DNA of 64,000 nucleotides from Candidatus Nomurabacteria bacterium (GTDB taxonomy: Bacteria > Patescibacteriota > Saccharimonadia > Saccharimonadales > HK-STAS-PATE-42): positions 484,368 to 548,367 of the forward strand of contig CP060233.1 of assembly GCA_023898665.1 (NCBI GenBank). Reading direction: 5' to 3'. Below, one piece after another: positions 44,743 through 54,661 of the stretch (position 1 is its first letter; each line of letters starts with the position of its first letter). The notes under the pieces are model-generated. The model saw only the letters and a list, made by a program, of their open reading frames with translations. It was not told the DNA's origin and ran no database searches. The position numbers were made by a program, and so were the translations under genes.

Positions 44743-45018
44743 TTACTTATTATTGAGGTTATACAAGCTTAAGAGCTCAGCGATAGATTCTTCTTGAACA
44801 GTTTCGGAATCTGAGCGTAGATTATCTTTAACATGAGTACGAATGTGATTTTCGAGGATAAGTTTATTTAATGACGACAAAGACTTCTGTATCGCAAGGC
44901 TTTGAATAAGTATATCCATACAATATTCTTCTTTTTCAATAGCCTTAATGAGACCTTTAAATTGACCTTCAATAATTTTTGATCGATGCGTTGCGCGTTT
45001 TTTAATATCTTGAATCAT
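44743..45018 (-). CDS. csoR: CsoR/RcnR-family metal-sensing repressor
   Basis: The track ORF starts at 45039. I prefer Met8 (ATG at 45018), because the promoter and operator occupy 45025..45053. Contains RSKIIEGQFKGLIKAIE..YCMDILIQSLAIQKSL...NHIRTHV. Confidence 0.8.
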   Translation of the reverse strand: MIQDIKKRATHRSKIIEGQFKGLIKAIEKEEYCMDILIQSLAIQKSLSSLNKLILENHIRTHVKDNLRSDSETVQEESIAELLSLYNLNNK

Positions 45019-45024
45019 ACTCTC

Positions 45025-45053
45025 AGTATATACCCCCATGGGGTATAATGCAA
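45025..45053 (-). promoter_or_regulatory. csoR promoter with a CsoR-type operator in the spacer
   Basis: Minus-strand TTGCAT-TATACCCCATGGGGGTA(17 nt)-TATACT. The G/C-tract inverted repeat TATACCCC-N3-GGGGTATA spans 45029..45047. Only 6 nt separate the -10 element from the ATG. Confidence 0.65.
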
Positions 45054-45132
45054 ACTTGAAATTAGCTGTATTAGAATATTGAATTAGTATCCTGAGGCTA
45101 TACCAGTGGAGACTGGAGTGCTCGATCTATAT

Positions 45133-46506
45133 TTAAGTTGACTTGGTGTTACGCAGGTAAAAACGCTCAAATCCTAGAATTGCTGAGAGGCCTAGAACTG
45201 CGGAGTAAATAACTAACGGATCGCTACTGAATTTTATAAATACAAATGCGCCAAGAACAACGACATCAAGGATAATTGCAGTAATTACTATATAGCTTTT
45301 GGAATTAACTTTGTCTTTAAGACGAGTCAGCAAGCCCCAATGAACCATCATATCCATAATTAGATAGAAGATAGCACCAAGCGACGCGATTCTACTGAGA
45401 TCAAAGAATATGGTTAAGAATATAGCTACTACAATGGTGTATACCAACGTGTGGGTTTGAATATCACCTGGTAGTTTAAAGTGTCGATGTGGAACGAGTT
45501 TCATTTCGGTTAGCATCGCTAACATGCGAGATACTGCAAAAGAGCTGGCAATGACGCTAGAGATAGTGGCAACTACTGCCAGTAGAACTGTGAACCATAG
45601 CCCGAAGCTCCCAAATGCAGGCCGAGCAGCTTCAGCAAGAGCGAAGTTTTTGGCTTGAATAATTTGAGGGAGTGGTAGGTTGCCTGCCACAGCTAAAGCT
45701 ACTAAAAAGTAGACAAGTACACATATAACTAAAGAGATTATTATAGCTCTACCAACGTTCTTATGTGGTTTCTTTATTTCTGAGCCACTATTAGTTATTG
45801 TGGTGAATCCTTTATAGGCTAGAATCGCTAAAGCAACGGCAGCGATTGAACCAGTTAGACCATAACTTGCTTCAGTCTCTGCGGAAAAGCTCGCAAAAGA
45901 GAACCCAGACAACCACAAACCCGCCAAAGCGAATGATGTAATACCGCCAATTTTAATAATTGAAAATAACAGCGAGACCTTACTAACCGCCTTATTGCCA
46001 AGGATATTGATGATGAAAGCAAAAATCAGCAAGCCAACGCCCAACAAAGATACAAGCCATCCAGTTTTTGATACATCAAATAATTGTAGGGTGTAGGTTC
46101 CAAAGGTCCTTGCTACGAGACTTTCATTTATGACCATTGAGAAGTACATGAGTAGCGCTCCAAAGGCAGTGATAGTACCCATGCCATAGGCTTCTTTAAG
46201 AAACATTGCGATTCCTCCAGCACTAGGGTACGTACTAGCAAGCCTTACATAAGAATATGCACTAAACGCAGTTACTATGGCACCGACGAGGAAGATAAGT
46301 GGAAACAGTGGTCCAGCTAGTTCAGCGATTTGTCCAGTAAGTGCAAAAATACCAGCACCGATAATCACAGCCGTACCCATTGATACTGCACCAGCCAACG
46401 ATAAGCTGTTCTTTTTGTATTGAGCCGTTCTGTTGTGATTTGAATGTTTCATATATTGTACAAAAAATTTAGTTGTAGTTTCATTGTATACCACCGCTAG
46501 CTTCAT
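45133..46506 (-). CDS. APC-family amino-acid permease (start possibly at ATG 46452)
   Basis: 457 aa with about 12 TM segments and GAGIF/GPLFP-type N-terminal helices. Confidence 0.75.
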   Translation of the reverse strand: MKLAVVYNETTTKFFVQYMKHSNHNRTAQYKKNSLSLAGAVSMGTAVIIGAGIFALTGQIAELAGPLFPLIFLVGAIVTAFSAYSYVRLASTYPSAGGIAMFLKEAYGMGTITAFGALLMYFSMVINESLVARTFGTYTLQLFDVSKTGWLVSLLGVGLLIFAFIINILGNKAVSKVSLLFSIIKIGGITSFALAGLWLSGFSFASFSAETEASYGLTGSIAAVALAILAYKGFTTITNSGSEIKKPHKNVGRAIIISLVICVLVYFLVALAVAGNLPLPQIIQAKNFALAEAARPAFGSFGLWFTVLLAVVATISSVIASSFAVSRMLAMLTEMKLVPHRHFKLPGDIQTHTLVYTIVVAIFLTIFFDLSRIASLGAIFYLIMDMMVHWGLLTRLKDKVNSKSYIVITAIILDVVVLGAFVFIKFSSDPLVIYSAVLGLSAILGFERFYLRNTKST

Positions 46507-46520
46507 TCTGTAAGTTTAGC

Positions 46521-47726
46521 TCACAGAATTACTTCTTTACCATCCGAAGTTTTGAATGTTCTGTTTTTCCAATCTTTAGGTTCATTAACGCCTGATTTGC
46601 TAGTTGTTTGTTTTGACTTCAACTTCTTGCTCTTCATAACCAGGTTCTTGATATCTTCCTCACGCTCATACGCTCGCAGCCTGCCATTCAGGTACCCGAG
46701 ACGATAAGAAATGCCATCACTCATTAAACGCCAGTTGGTATCCTTTAGGGCGGTGTCGACTAGCTTCTTGAGTGTTTTTCTACTGTCGTAGTCAATACGG
46801 TCAGATTTACTGTCCAAACAGCTGAAGCCAATGTACACATCTTTGCCCATTTCGGGTTTATCTAGACTCAGTTCAATGTAGCCAGCTTTTTCAAGACCAG
46901 GGGAAAGCAGTGAAATCAGTTCAGCAATCTTCGGCTTTTTCAGTTCTTTCATAGCATCGTAGATATGCTTGTTATCTTCTTTTTCTTTCATCTCTTTGCC
47001 AAATTCAGCCATTTGCTTGAGGCCACGCTGGATTTCAAAGAGCTTGTCTCTAAACTCTTTATCCAAAAGACAGAAGTGGATACGATCTTTCTCAAAGTCT
47101 GGGTCTTCTTTTTCCTTCTTGGTTGATACATCAAGTTTTTCTTTGAATACATGATCACAGGATGTACAGGTGTAGGTGACGGTTATGTATTTCTTAGATT
47201 TTGTAGTCTTATGGGTAACTTCTGATTGGCATTTTGGGCAGACAGTTGGCTTCACCTTCCAGGCAGTGCCATCTTCCCAGAATGCACTGTTTTTATCGCA
47301 GTGAGAACACGTGAGCATAAAGAGCACTTCTTCGGGATCGTCATATTTATGGTTCTCTTTACGGTGCATGAGAGATTTGTCTACAATCCGAAGACCTTGC
47401 TTGCCGCAGTGATGGCAATATGGCTCTTCGGATAGGCGAGCTGAGGCTATCTGTGCATCCTTAGCTTCGTCCTGAGCCATCCAGTCATTGATGTACTGCT
47501 CACGATTGTTATAGCGGCGAATAAGGTCGTTGCCGACAACGCTCATATAGAAGACGTTCAGCAGAAGCGCGTTGCCCGGGCGGTCGATAGTATCGTCTTT
47601 GGGGAGTTTCTTTTCAAATTCGGCGTAGAAATCTTCATACGATTTCATGCCATGTCTACCAGCTTCAACGGTGTGTTTATCGTAGATTTCTTCGTAGAAC
47701 TTGCGTTCTTGGAGATGAGTGTACAT
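46521..47726 (-). CDS. hypothetical protein with two predicted zinc ribbons
   Basis: 401 aa with four CxxC pairs (CHHC, CSHC, CPKC, CTSC) and a Lys/Glu-rich middle. It lies 25 nt downstream of the HNH gene. Confidence 0.55.
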   Translation of the reverse strand: MYTHLQERKFYEEIYDKHTVEAGRHGMKSYEDFYAEFEKKLPKDDTIDRPGNALLLNVFYMSVVGNDLIRRYNNREQYINDWMAQDEAKDAQIASARLSEEPYCHHCGKQGLRIVDKSLMHRKENHKYDDPEEVLFMLTCSHCDKNSAFWEDGTAWKVKPTVCPKCQSEVTHKTTKSKKYITVTYTCTSCDHVFKEKLDVSTKKEKEDPDFEKDRIHFCLLDKEFRDKLFEIQRGLKQMAEFGKEMKEKEDNKHIYDAMKELKKPKIAELISLLSPGLEKAGYIELSLDKPEMGKDVYIGFSCLDSKSDRIDYDSRKTLKKLVDTALKDTNWRLMSDGISYRLGYLNGRLRAYEREEDIKNLVMKSKKLKSKQTTSKSGVNEPKDWKNRTFKTSDGKEVIL

Positions 47727-47751
47727 ACACCCATTATAACTTTACGAGTCT

Positions 47752-48108
47752 TTAGCGCTCGTACTGCTCAATATAATCTTGAACGACCTGAGCTACACTA
47801 CTTTGAGTGATACCGCGATCTTTGCAGTATTTTGATTCAAACCAGCTCAGTAATGGCAAGCTACCCCGACTCGAATTACAGCTTCCGCAACAAATACCCA
47901 CGATTGAATCAACCGGTAGACCCTTACTAACAAAATCTTGAACACTATACCAATCTGCTCGATAGTTTAAATGTTCAATGGTAGCTGAATCAATACGATT
48001 ATTAATATCGTAGGGAGTGATCATCTTTTTGTGACAGTAGATGCAATTGGTATCTCGAGCAACGATTCTATCAAGATGATCTTGGGGTATGTCGTGCTTA
48101 GTTTTCAT
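47752..48108 (-). CDS. HNH endonuclease-like protein
   Basis: 118 aa with CIYC...ATIEHLN...CCGSCNSSRG (beta-beta-alpha-Me/HNH with Zn-binding Cys pairs). There is a 4-nt ATGA overlap with the upstream gene. Confidence 0.6.
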   Translation of the reverse strand: MKTKHDIPQDHLDRIVARDTNCIYCHKKMITPYDINNRIDSATIEHLNYRADWYSVQDFVSKGLPVDSIVGICCGSCNSSRGSLPLLSWFESKYCKDRGITQSSVAQVVQDYIEQYER

Positions 48109-49586
48109 ATAATTTCGCTTCTCAGTACTCTATATATCTCTAACATCGCGAATGTGTCGAGTTGACAGTAATCTCTTAAATCTTGCAGGATCTTATCCTT
48201 ATTTTCAATATGTTTGCCGTCTAGTACTGCTTGCATCCAGAGCCTCTGTGCGGAACCACCTTCTTGAATACCTAGTTCTTTATATGAAAGTTCAGGCACT
48301 AGTACTGGTAATACATTTTTAATACTCGCACTTCCCTTGAAGCGAAAATCAACATACGCACCGCTTGAGAATGGCACCATCAGATCAACCATACGTTTAT
48401 TGACGTCTTCCAGGAATTCTTTAGACTCGGGAACGAACTCAGCCAATGTATCGTTGCAACTTTTTTCAAAGCCCATATTCCAAGCAATGACAGAGCCGGT
48501 AGGTCCTATGTATGACTTCATTGCCTCAACAATAGACTTGGCGGGGTTAGAATTCTCGGTGTGAAGATATTCTTCGTGTCTATAATCACCATCCGGGTCA
48601 TCTAGTATGTGCAGCGAATACTGGAACGGATACTGCGCATACGGCTTCATGCCATCGAAATAGGGCACGAGACGGGCAAGTGTTTCGTAATCAAAAAAGT
48701 AGAGCGGGAATACGAGTGAATCGAGAAACTGCTTTAGGCGAAGCGTATCAATGATTGGCCCATTGTTTCGATAGGCGCGCATTTGTTTGTCGATACTAGC
48801 GTTGATTGGAAGATTTTCTGGGATATCCTCAATTGTTTGTATACCATAAGATTCGAATGTATCGAGCGCCTTGGCGTTAATACCACCAAGTTCATAAATA
48901 CTACCGAAGGTCTGCTTGTTGATTGCCTTATATATCTCGAGCCAATCTTTGAAGGCTCCAAGGCCAGCTAGCTGTGGCGACATATCTGGGCATGAATCTA
49001 AGGCCATGATCTCACGAGCCTTTGCAATATTTTGCTCGGTTGCAGCTGCCTTATCACGTACTTTTTCGGTGATATCTGTCGTAGTAGTTATTTTATCAGC
49101 TTCAATTGCGCCACTGCGTACATACTGATTATTTACGTGAATGACAGCAACGTTACGGACCGAAAAACCAAGTTTTTCTAGCACATGCACCTGGAAGGTG
49201 AGGTCATACGCGTGATCAAGCTTGGTGCTAGTGCTAGACTTTATTTCATACAAATCCAGCACCCCAGGCTCAACCACCTGGACGATATCGCAAATAAAAG
49301 TCAGACCCTCATACTCGAAGCGACCTTGGAATATGGTCAGGGCACCGTCATCTAACGCCTGCTTGGTTCTTTCGGGCAAAGTGCGGTATTCATCGAAGTC
49401 AGAAAAACCAAGCGTTACACCGCCCGGGAAGAGGCTCTCGGCATACTGCTCAAACTCATGACCCGTATCAAAGATAGCTTGTGTTGCGTCATCAACTGGT
49501 GGTAATTTTTTTGGGTCGTGTTTCTTGAACCAAAGCCATGCAGGGTGACGAAGTGAAAGCATGTAGTCTGATTTAGAAAGCTGCAT
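48105..49586 (-). CDS. DUF2779-like protein (PD-(D/E)xK nuclease-like N-terminus plus RNase H-like/exonuclease-like C-terminus)
   Basis: 493 aa with LSKSDYM...AWLWFKK, D(I)V...LYEIKSST, and FFDYETL...PYAQYPFQYSLHIL. Family call is from memory. Confidence 0.6.
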   Translation of the reverse strand: MQLSKSDYMLSLRHPAWLWFKKHDPKKLPPVDDATQAIFDTGHEFEQYAESLFPGGVTLGFSDFDEYRTLPERTKQALDDGALTIFQGRFEYEGLTFICDIVQVVEPGVLDLYEIKSSTSTKLDHAYDLTFQVHVLEKLGFSVRNVAVIHVNNQYVRSGAIEADKITTTTDITEKVRDKAAATEQNIAKAREIMALDSCPDMSPQLAGLGAFKDWLEIYKAINKQTFGSIYELGGINAKALDTFESYGIQTIEDIPENLPINASIDKQMRAYRNNGPIIDTLRLKQFLDSLVFPLYFFDYETLARLVPYFDGMKPYAQYPFQYSLHILDDPDGDYRHEEYLHTENSNPAKSIVEAMKSYIGPTGSVIAWNMGFEKSCNDTLAEFVPESKEFLEDVNKRMVDLMVPFSSGAYVDFRFKGSASIKNVLPVLVPELSYKELGIQEGGSAQRLWMQAVLDGKHIENKDKILQDLRDYCQLDTFAMLEIYRVLRSEII

Positions 49587-49591
49587 ATTAC

Positions 49592-52500
49592 CTAACTATT
49601 AACTACTTTCAGAAGTTCTGAATATGAGCTTATGGCACTGTATTTTACTGTATTGCTACTAATAGCAGCAAAGTGACGACGCGCGCATTCGATCTTGGCT
49701 TTTTCAATGTCACCAGTGTGACTTGTGAAACTCAGAGAATCTAGACTACCTTCACCCTTTGTTTCTGCTACGAAGTAAATATGCTTCACTGAGCCTTCTC
49801 TAAACGTAATTGCCCAGTCAGGGTTATATTTACCCATCGGAGTGTTGATAAAGAATCCGCTTGGTAACTTAATGTAGAGCTCAACATTTTCAGCTACATC
49901 GAGTTCAACTGCAAGATCTCGTTCTATACCCGAGTCGTAACGGAGTTTATCGAAAAGATGTTTCTTTGAGTCAATGATATTCTTCCCATACTCACCCGAG
50001 ATAGTTGGGTCCGCAAATATCTCTTCAGCGTTCCACGCTTCCTCAAGTCTGTCGTAGGTTATATGCTCAATGATGGTGCTGGCTTTTTGCTCATTGATCA
50101 GTTTGATTGCTTCACGGATAAACTCTTCAGGATTAGTCGCAAATAGTTTAAATACTGCCGGTTCGATGTTCTGAAGAATTGTTGCCACTGTCTTTCGAGT
50201 AAGCCTTGTAACCGTAGCGATTTCACCAACGAGATCGAAGGTAACGCTCTTTGATGCTATTTCTTCAATAGCAACTTCGCGGCCAACAAGTCGTTTCATC
50301 TCAGGGCTTTGATCTTGCTTTGTGGACTTCAAATAACCTTCAGTAATTACAATGAGAGTTTTAGTAACGCGGAGTTTTGTATTGAGTGCATTCACACACG
50401 ATTCAACAAGTTTATCTTCATCGAACGATACAGTATAGTAAGTCTTCGAATTAATTTTCTCCCAAAGATTCTTAAACTCTTTACTTGCAAACTTTTCTTG
50501 GTCTAAATGAAGTGTTGCCTTAGTGCGCGCATCGGATACAATCGGGTCCTTCTTCGGATCATAAACTGATTCAATAAGATTAAGCGCACTATCTACATAA
50601 GGCTCTAGATCTTTAGAAACACTGCCCAGAACTTCAGTAACTTTTTCAACTCTCAGCTCAGGAGACAAGTCATGGAACATATCTGTCAGCTGGCCCTCTT
50701 CAACAATACCGGCCTGTTTTAATGTAACGAATATTTCTGCTGCCTTACTGCTATCAATCTCGACTTCATTACCCGCATGATCAACCCAGACTTGGCCGGT
50801 GAAGAGGTCGGGGGTAACTGCCTTCGGACGATTCTTTATAACTTCGTAGAATTCATCTTGAAGTGCCTTTGCAAATGCTTCGTAGCTTTCATTGGCTATG
50901 ACAGTGAGGGAATTTACTTCATGAACACCGTGCACCCCAAGCACATCTGCGTCCATTCTATCGCCATTCTTGTTGACACTCAAACGAAGTCCGCGACCTA
51001 TTTCTTGTCGTTTTTTAATCTCACCGGTACTCATCCGGAGTGTACAGATTTGGAATACATTTGGGTTATCCCAACCTTCTCTGAGTGCAGAGTGACTAAA
51101 GATAAAGCGCACGGGCTCCTCGTTGCTTAAAAGACGCTCTTTGTTCTTCATGATGAGATCATATGCGTCAACATCAGCAGATTCGCTTTCACCACGCTTT
51201 ACGTCACTATCTACAGCTCTGCCTTTCTTATCAACGGAGAAGTAACCCGCGTGAATTCGATGGCTTTCGTCTCGCTCTAAGAATGTTCGGTATTCTTCGT
51301 CCTCTCCAAATGGCAGCTGTTCAAAAAACCGATCAATGGCATTTTTGTATTCTTCTTCAAATACTTTTGCATACACACCTTTTTGTTCACCAGAGTCGTC
51401 ATAGTATTTATACTTTGCAACCTCGTCGATGAAGAATAGAGAGAGCACCTTAATGCCTCTTTTGTACAGCTCACGTTCTTTTTCGAGGTGGCTCATGATT
51501 GTCTCACGAATTTGTATGCGCCGAATATCTTCTTCGCTTGTATCACCGACGACTTCGCCCAGCTGCAATCGCACGCCGTTGGTGAACTCGACATAGCCCT
51601 CGCTGGCATGTATGTCAGAGATCGTATAACCGTCACGGTAGGCTTCAATCTCACCAGAATGGTCATAAATATTATCGCCGTGACTGAACGTTTTAAGTTT
51701 TTTTACGATTCCCGATCCAGTAGCTGCGTTATGTTCAAACAAAACAGTGGCTGATGGGCTCTTATTTGGGTAAACATTAATCCGCTGGAGGTAGAGATAC
51801 CCGTTTGTAGCAGTCGTACCATTGACCGATATACCTTTTACAGTAATCTTTTTAACAAGCTGCTTCTGATAGGCATCGACTGCATCAAGTCGATACACCA
51901 TATTGAAGTTTTCTCGGTGAGTAGCGGAATAGTTGATATAAAAGAGCGGATTGAACTTTCCCAGTGAATCACGAGCAACATTTTTACTTGATACAGTACC
52001 AATAACACTCTGCGGCTCATCAATTATGACGATAGGGTTTACCGCTGCGATCACATCAATTGGGCGGCGAGACCGGAAAGAGTCCAGCTTCATGTAGATA
52101 CGACGAGCATCTTTGCCGGTAGCATTAAACGCCTGCGTATTAATGATCATCACGTTAATCCCAGAGTCGTCGGCGAACTGTTCAAGTTCATTCAAGCGAG
52201 AGGAATTGTAAATAAAGAATCGACAAGCTTTACCGTAGTCTTCTTTGAAGTGGTCGGCAGTAATCTGGAAACTTTTGTGTACGCCTTCACGGATCGCAAC
52301 ACTTGGCACGACGATAATAAACTTGCTCCAACCGTAGCGAGCATTCATCTCGTACATTGTCTTGATGTAAGTATATGTTTTTCCCGTACCAGTCTCCATC
52401 TCAACCGTGAATACTGGCTTGGTCACTGTCGATTTTTGGCCATTGCCCCAATCAACCTTACTAGTCATGTGCTCCAGTTTTGATGAAGGAAGAATGCCTT

Positions 52501-52729
52501 GTTCTTTCTGAACTGACCGAAGGTTTTTGAGTAAATCTTCTTCGCGGAGTCGAATATCTGGGTTGGCCCAACCAGTACGCGCAACATCCAATAGTGTAGC
52601 CTGAGTAGCGCTTGATTCGCCTTGGTCTACAAGGAACTTTCTAGTTTCGTTTGGCTGCCCAGCAAATACATCACAGACTGCATTAGTAGCATCTTCTTGA
52701 AACTTTTGGTGCTTAAACCGAAGTCTCAT
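49592..52729 (-). CDS. res: Type III restriction enzyme Res subunit (COG3587-like helicase-nuclease)
   Basis: 1045 aa with METGTGKTYTY (motif I), IIDEPQS (motif II), later helicase motifs (SHSALREGWDNPNVF), and a C-terminal PD..E.K element (YNPDWAI...FVAETKG). Confidence 0.85.
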   Translation of the reverse strand: MRLRFKHQKFQEDATNAVCDVFAGQPNETRKFLVDQGESSATQATLLDVARTGWANPDIRLREEDLLKNLRSVQKEQGILPSSKLEHMTSKVDWGNGQKSTVTKPVFTVEMETGTGKTYTYIKTMYEMNARYGWSKFIIVVPSVAIREGVHKSFQITADHFKEDYGKACRFFIYNSSRLNELEQFADDSGINVMIINTQAFNATGKDARRIYMKLDSFRSRRPIDVIAAVNPIVIIDEPQSVIGTVSSKNVARDSLGKFNPLFYINYSATHRENFNMVYRLDAVDAYQKQLVKKITVKGISVNGTTATNGYLYLQRINVYPNKSPSATVLFEHNAATGSGIVKKLKTFSHGDNIYDHSGEIEAYRDGYTISDIHASEGYVEFTNGVRLQLGEVVGDTSEEDIRRIQIRETIMSHLEKERELYKRGIKVLSLFFIDEVAKYKYYDDSGEQKGVYAKVFEEEYKNAIDRFFEQLPFGEDEEYRTFLERDESHRIHAGYFSVDKKGRAVDSDVKRGESESADVDAYDLIMKNKERLLSNEEPVRFIFSHSALREGWDNPNVFQICTLRMSTGEIKKRQEIGRGLRLSVNKNGDRMDADVLGVHGVHEVNSLTVIANESYEAFAKALQDEFYEVIKNRPKAVTPDLFTGQVWVDHAGNEVEIDSSKAAEIFVTLKQAGIVEEGQLTDMFHDLSPELRVEKVTEVLGSVSKDLEPYVDSALNLIESVYDPKKDPIVSDARTKATLHLDQEKFASKEFKNLWEKINSKTYYTVSFDEDKLVESCVNALNTKLRVTKTLIVITEGYLKSTKQDQSPEMKRLVGREVAIEEIASKSVTFDLVGEIATVTRLTRKTVATILQNIEPAVFKLFATNPEEFIREAIKLINEQKASTIIEHITYDRLEEAWNAEEIFADPTISGEYGKNIIDSKKHLFDKLRYDSGIERDLAVELDVAENVELYIKLPSGFFINTPMGKYNPDWAITFREGSVKHIYFVAETKGEGSLDSLSFTSHTGDIEKAKIECARRHFAAISSNTVKYSAISSYSELLKVVNS

Positions 52730-52731
52730 TG

Positions 52732-54567
52732 CTAAACAACTTTCACTTTAGTTTCGGGGGAGAGAATACGGAAGTGTTCCGCGAGGTTTACCTTTGCCTG
52801 GCTATCGGCAAATGACGATTCTCTAAAGACTGCTGTGAGTGGTTTGAGTTTTGCAATCTCTTTGATTGTTGCTTCACTGATATTTTCAGCAAAACAAGCT
52901 ATGAGACCAGATACCCCGCCGAAGTAGTCGTACTTATAGGTGGTTGAACCAGATAACTCGACAGTTTCAATAGGTCGGTTAAGCTCAAGAGCAGATTGAG
53001 TTAGTACGCCGTATAGAAGGTCGAGGTCACTGCGATCTTCTTTTATGTTATCAACCGCATCGAGTAGTTCGGCTTGTGAATATTGACCTGCGGATTTGTA
53101 TACTTCTTTGTAGTTCGTGTCGTCGATCAACAGCGATCGAAAACCGTAGTCAACTTTGGCGTCGGGGCGTTCGCTGGCAATTTTGTCACCAGCTCGATGA
53201 ATGCGTTCGCGAGAGATTTCTGGGATCGTTTTGTAGCCAGCCTTGAATGCTTCGGACTTCTCATCAGTTTCTTCTGGCAATTGCACCATGATCCATTTGC
53301 GATTGCCACCATCTTCGGCGTTGAGTTGCATGACGGCATGCGCAGTTGAGCCAGAGCCTGAGAAGAAATCTAGAATTAAATCATCTTCACCAGTAGTAAT
53401 GATAAGGCATTTCTTTATTAGGCCAACAGGTTTGGGATTAGTGAATACATTCTTGCCGACCAATTCTTTGACGGTGATGCTTGCTTTCTTATTACCCTCC
53501 ACGTCATCCCAAAGATTTGAAACTTGTTTGGTTCTGCCTTCGAGATAGTATTTAACGTATGGTTTATAAACACCTGTTTGATCTATCTTCCATTCAATCA
53601 TTCCTTCGGCCACCCATGAATCGAACTGCTTCCTTCCTGTCCTCCAACAACTCTCGTAGCCTCCTGGGCCGATAGGATATACTTCGCTCCCATCTGGTGC
53701 TATAAGTGGATAATACAAATTGGGACGGTCTTGACGACGGTCATTAGTTCCGGTCTTTCTGAATTGAAGAATAGAGTATTTACCCTTGTTGTCCTCAAGA
53801 CTAAATCGAGCTATGTCCTTTTCATTAAGCGGCAGGCCATTGGGTATATAGCGTGTCTTGTCTCTGGCAAATACTAACATGTAGTCAACGCTACTGCCTA
53901 TGTCATTGGCGTCTTGCCCTGTCGTGGTTCCCTTTGCAACGACAATATTCCCGACAAAATTATCTTCTCCAAAAACCTCGTCGCAAAGCTTTCTCAGGTT
54001 AGCCTGCTCGTTGTCATCAATTGATATAAATATCACACCGTCTTCGGTTAATAGGTTTCGTGCCAACTTGAGGCGAGGATACATCATACTCAACCAGTCG
54101 CTGTGGTAGCGACCGTTGGTCTTTTCGTTCTTTTTGAACTGGATGTTGCCCGCGTCGTCCTTGTATTCAGTATCTTCATCGTATTGCTCTGTGCTTGCCT
54201 TGAAGTTATCGTGGTACACGAAGTCTTTGCCGGTGTTGTACGGTGGGTCGATGTAGATCATCTTGACCTTGCCGAGGTAGCTTTCTTGCAGTAGCTTGAG
54301 GGCGTCGAGGTTGTCGCCTTCAATAAAGAGGTTTTTGGTAGTATTCCAGTTTTTACTAGCTTCTACATCTGGACGGAATGTTTTGTTGATCGGAGCACCT
54401 GCTTCGATAATAGACTTTCGTTTGCCAACCCATGTAAAGTCAAAGCTTTCGTCTTTATCATCAAGCCTGTCCAAAGCCTCGCCGAGTGATTCGAAGAATT
54501 CACGACTCCCACGCCAATCAACCTTGTCTAAATCAATTTTCTGAACCCCGTTGTCATCACTCATCAT
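52732..54567 (-). CDS. mod: Type III DNA methyltransferase Mod subunit (beta-class N6A/N4C)
   Basis: 611 aa with MIYIDPPYNTG (motif IV) before LDFFSGSGSTAHAV (motif I). The stop is 2 nt before the res start. Confidence 0.85.
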   Translation of the reverse strand: MMSDDNGVQKIDLDKVDWRGSREFFESLGEALDRLDDKDESFDFTWVGKRKSIIEAGAPINKTFRPDVEASKNWNTTKNLFIEGDNLDALKLLQESYLGKVKMIYIDPPYNTGKDFVYHDNFKASTEQYDEDTEYKDDAGNIQFKKNEKTNGRYHSDWLSMMYPRLKLARNLLTEDGVIFISIDDNEQANLRKLCDEVFGEDNFVGNIVVAKGTTTGQDANDIGSSVDYMLVFARDKTRYIPNGLPLNEKDIARFSLEDNKGKYSILQFRKTGTNDRRQDRPNLYYPLIAPDGSEVYPIGPGGYESCWRTGRKQFDSWVAEGMIEWKIDQTGVYKPYVKYYLEGRTKQVSNLWDDVEGNKKASITVKELVGKNVFTNPKPVGLIKKCLIITTGEDDLILDFFSGSGSTAHAVMQLNAEDGGNRKWIMVQLPEETDEKSEAFKAGYKTIPEISRERIHRAGDKIASERPDAKVDYGFRSLLIDDTNYKEVYKSAGQYSQAELLDAVDNIKEDRSDLDLLYGVLTQSALELNRPIETVELSGSTTYKYDYFGGVSGLIACFAENISEATIKEIAKLKPLTAVFRESSFADSQAKVNLAEHFRILSPETKVKVV

Positions 54568-54661
54568 AACCCTCCAAGCAGCTATTTGTTATCTGTTCGA
54601 TTAGAGAAATTATACCATAATATCGGGGCTTATTTTTATGTAGCTTGCTACAATTAATAGT

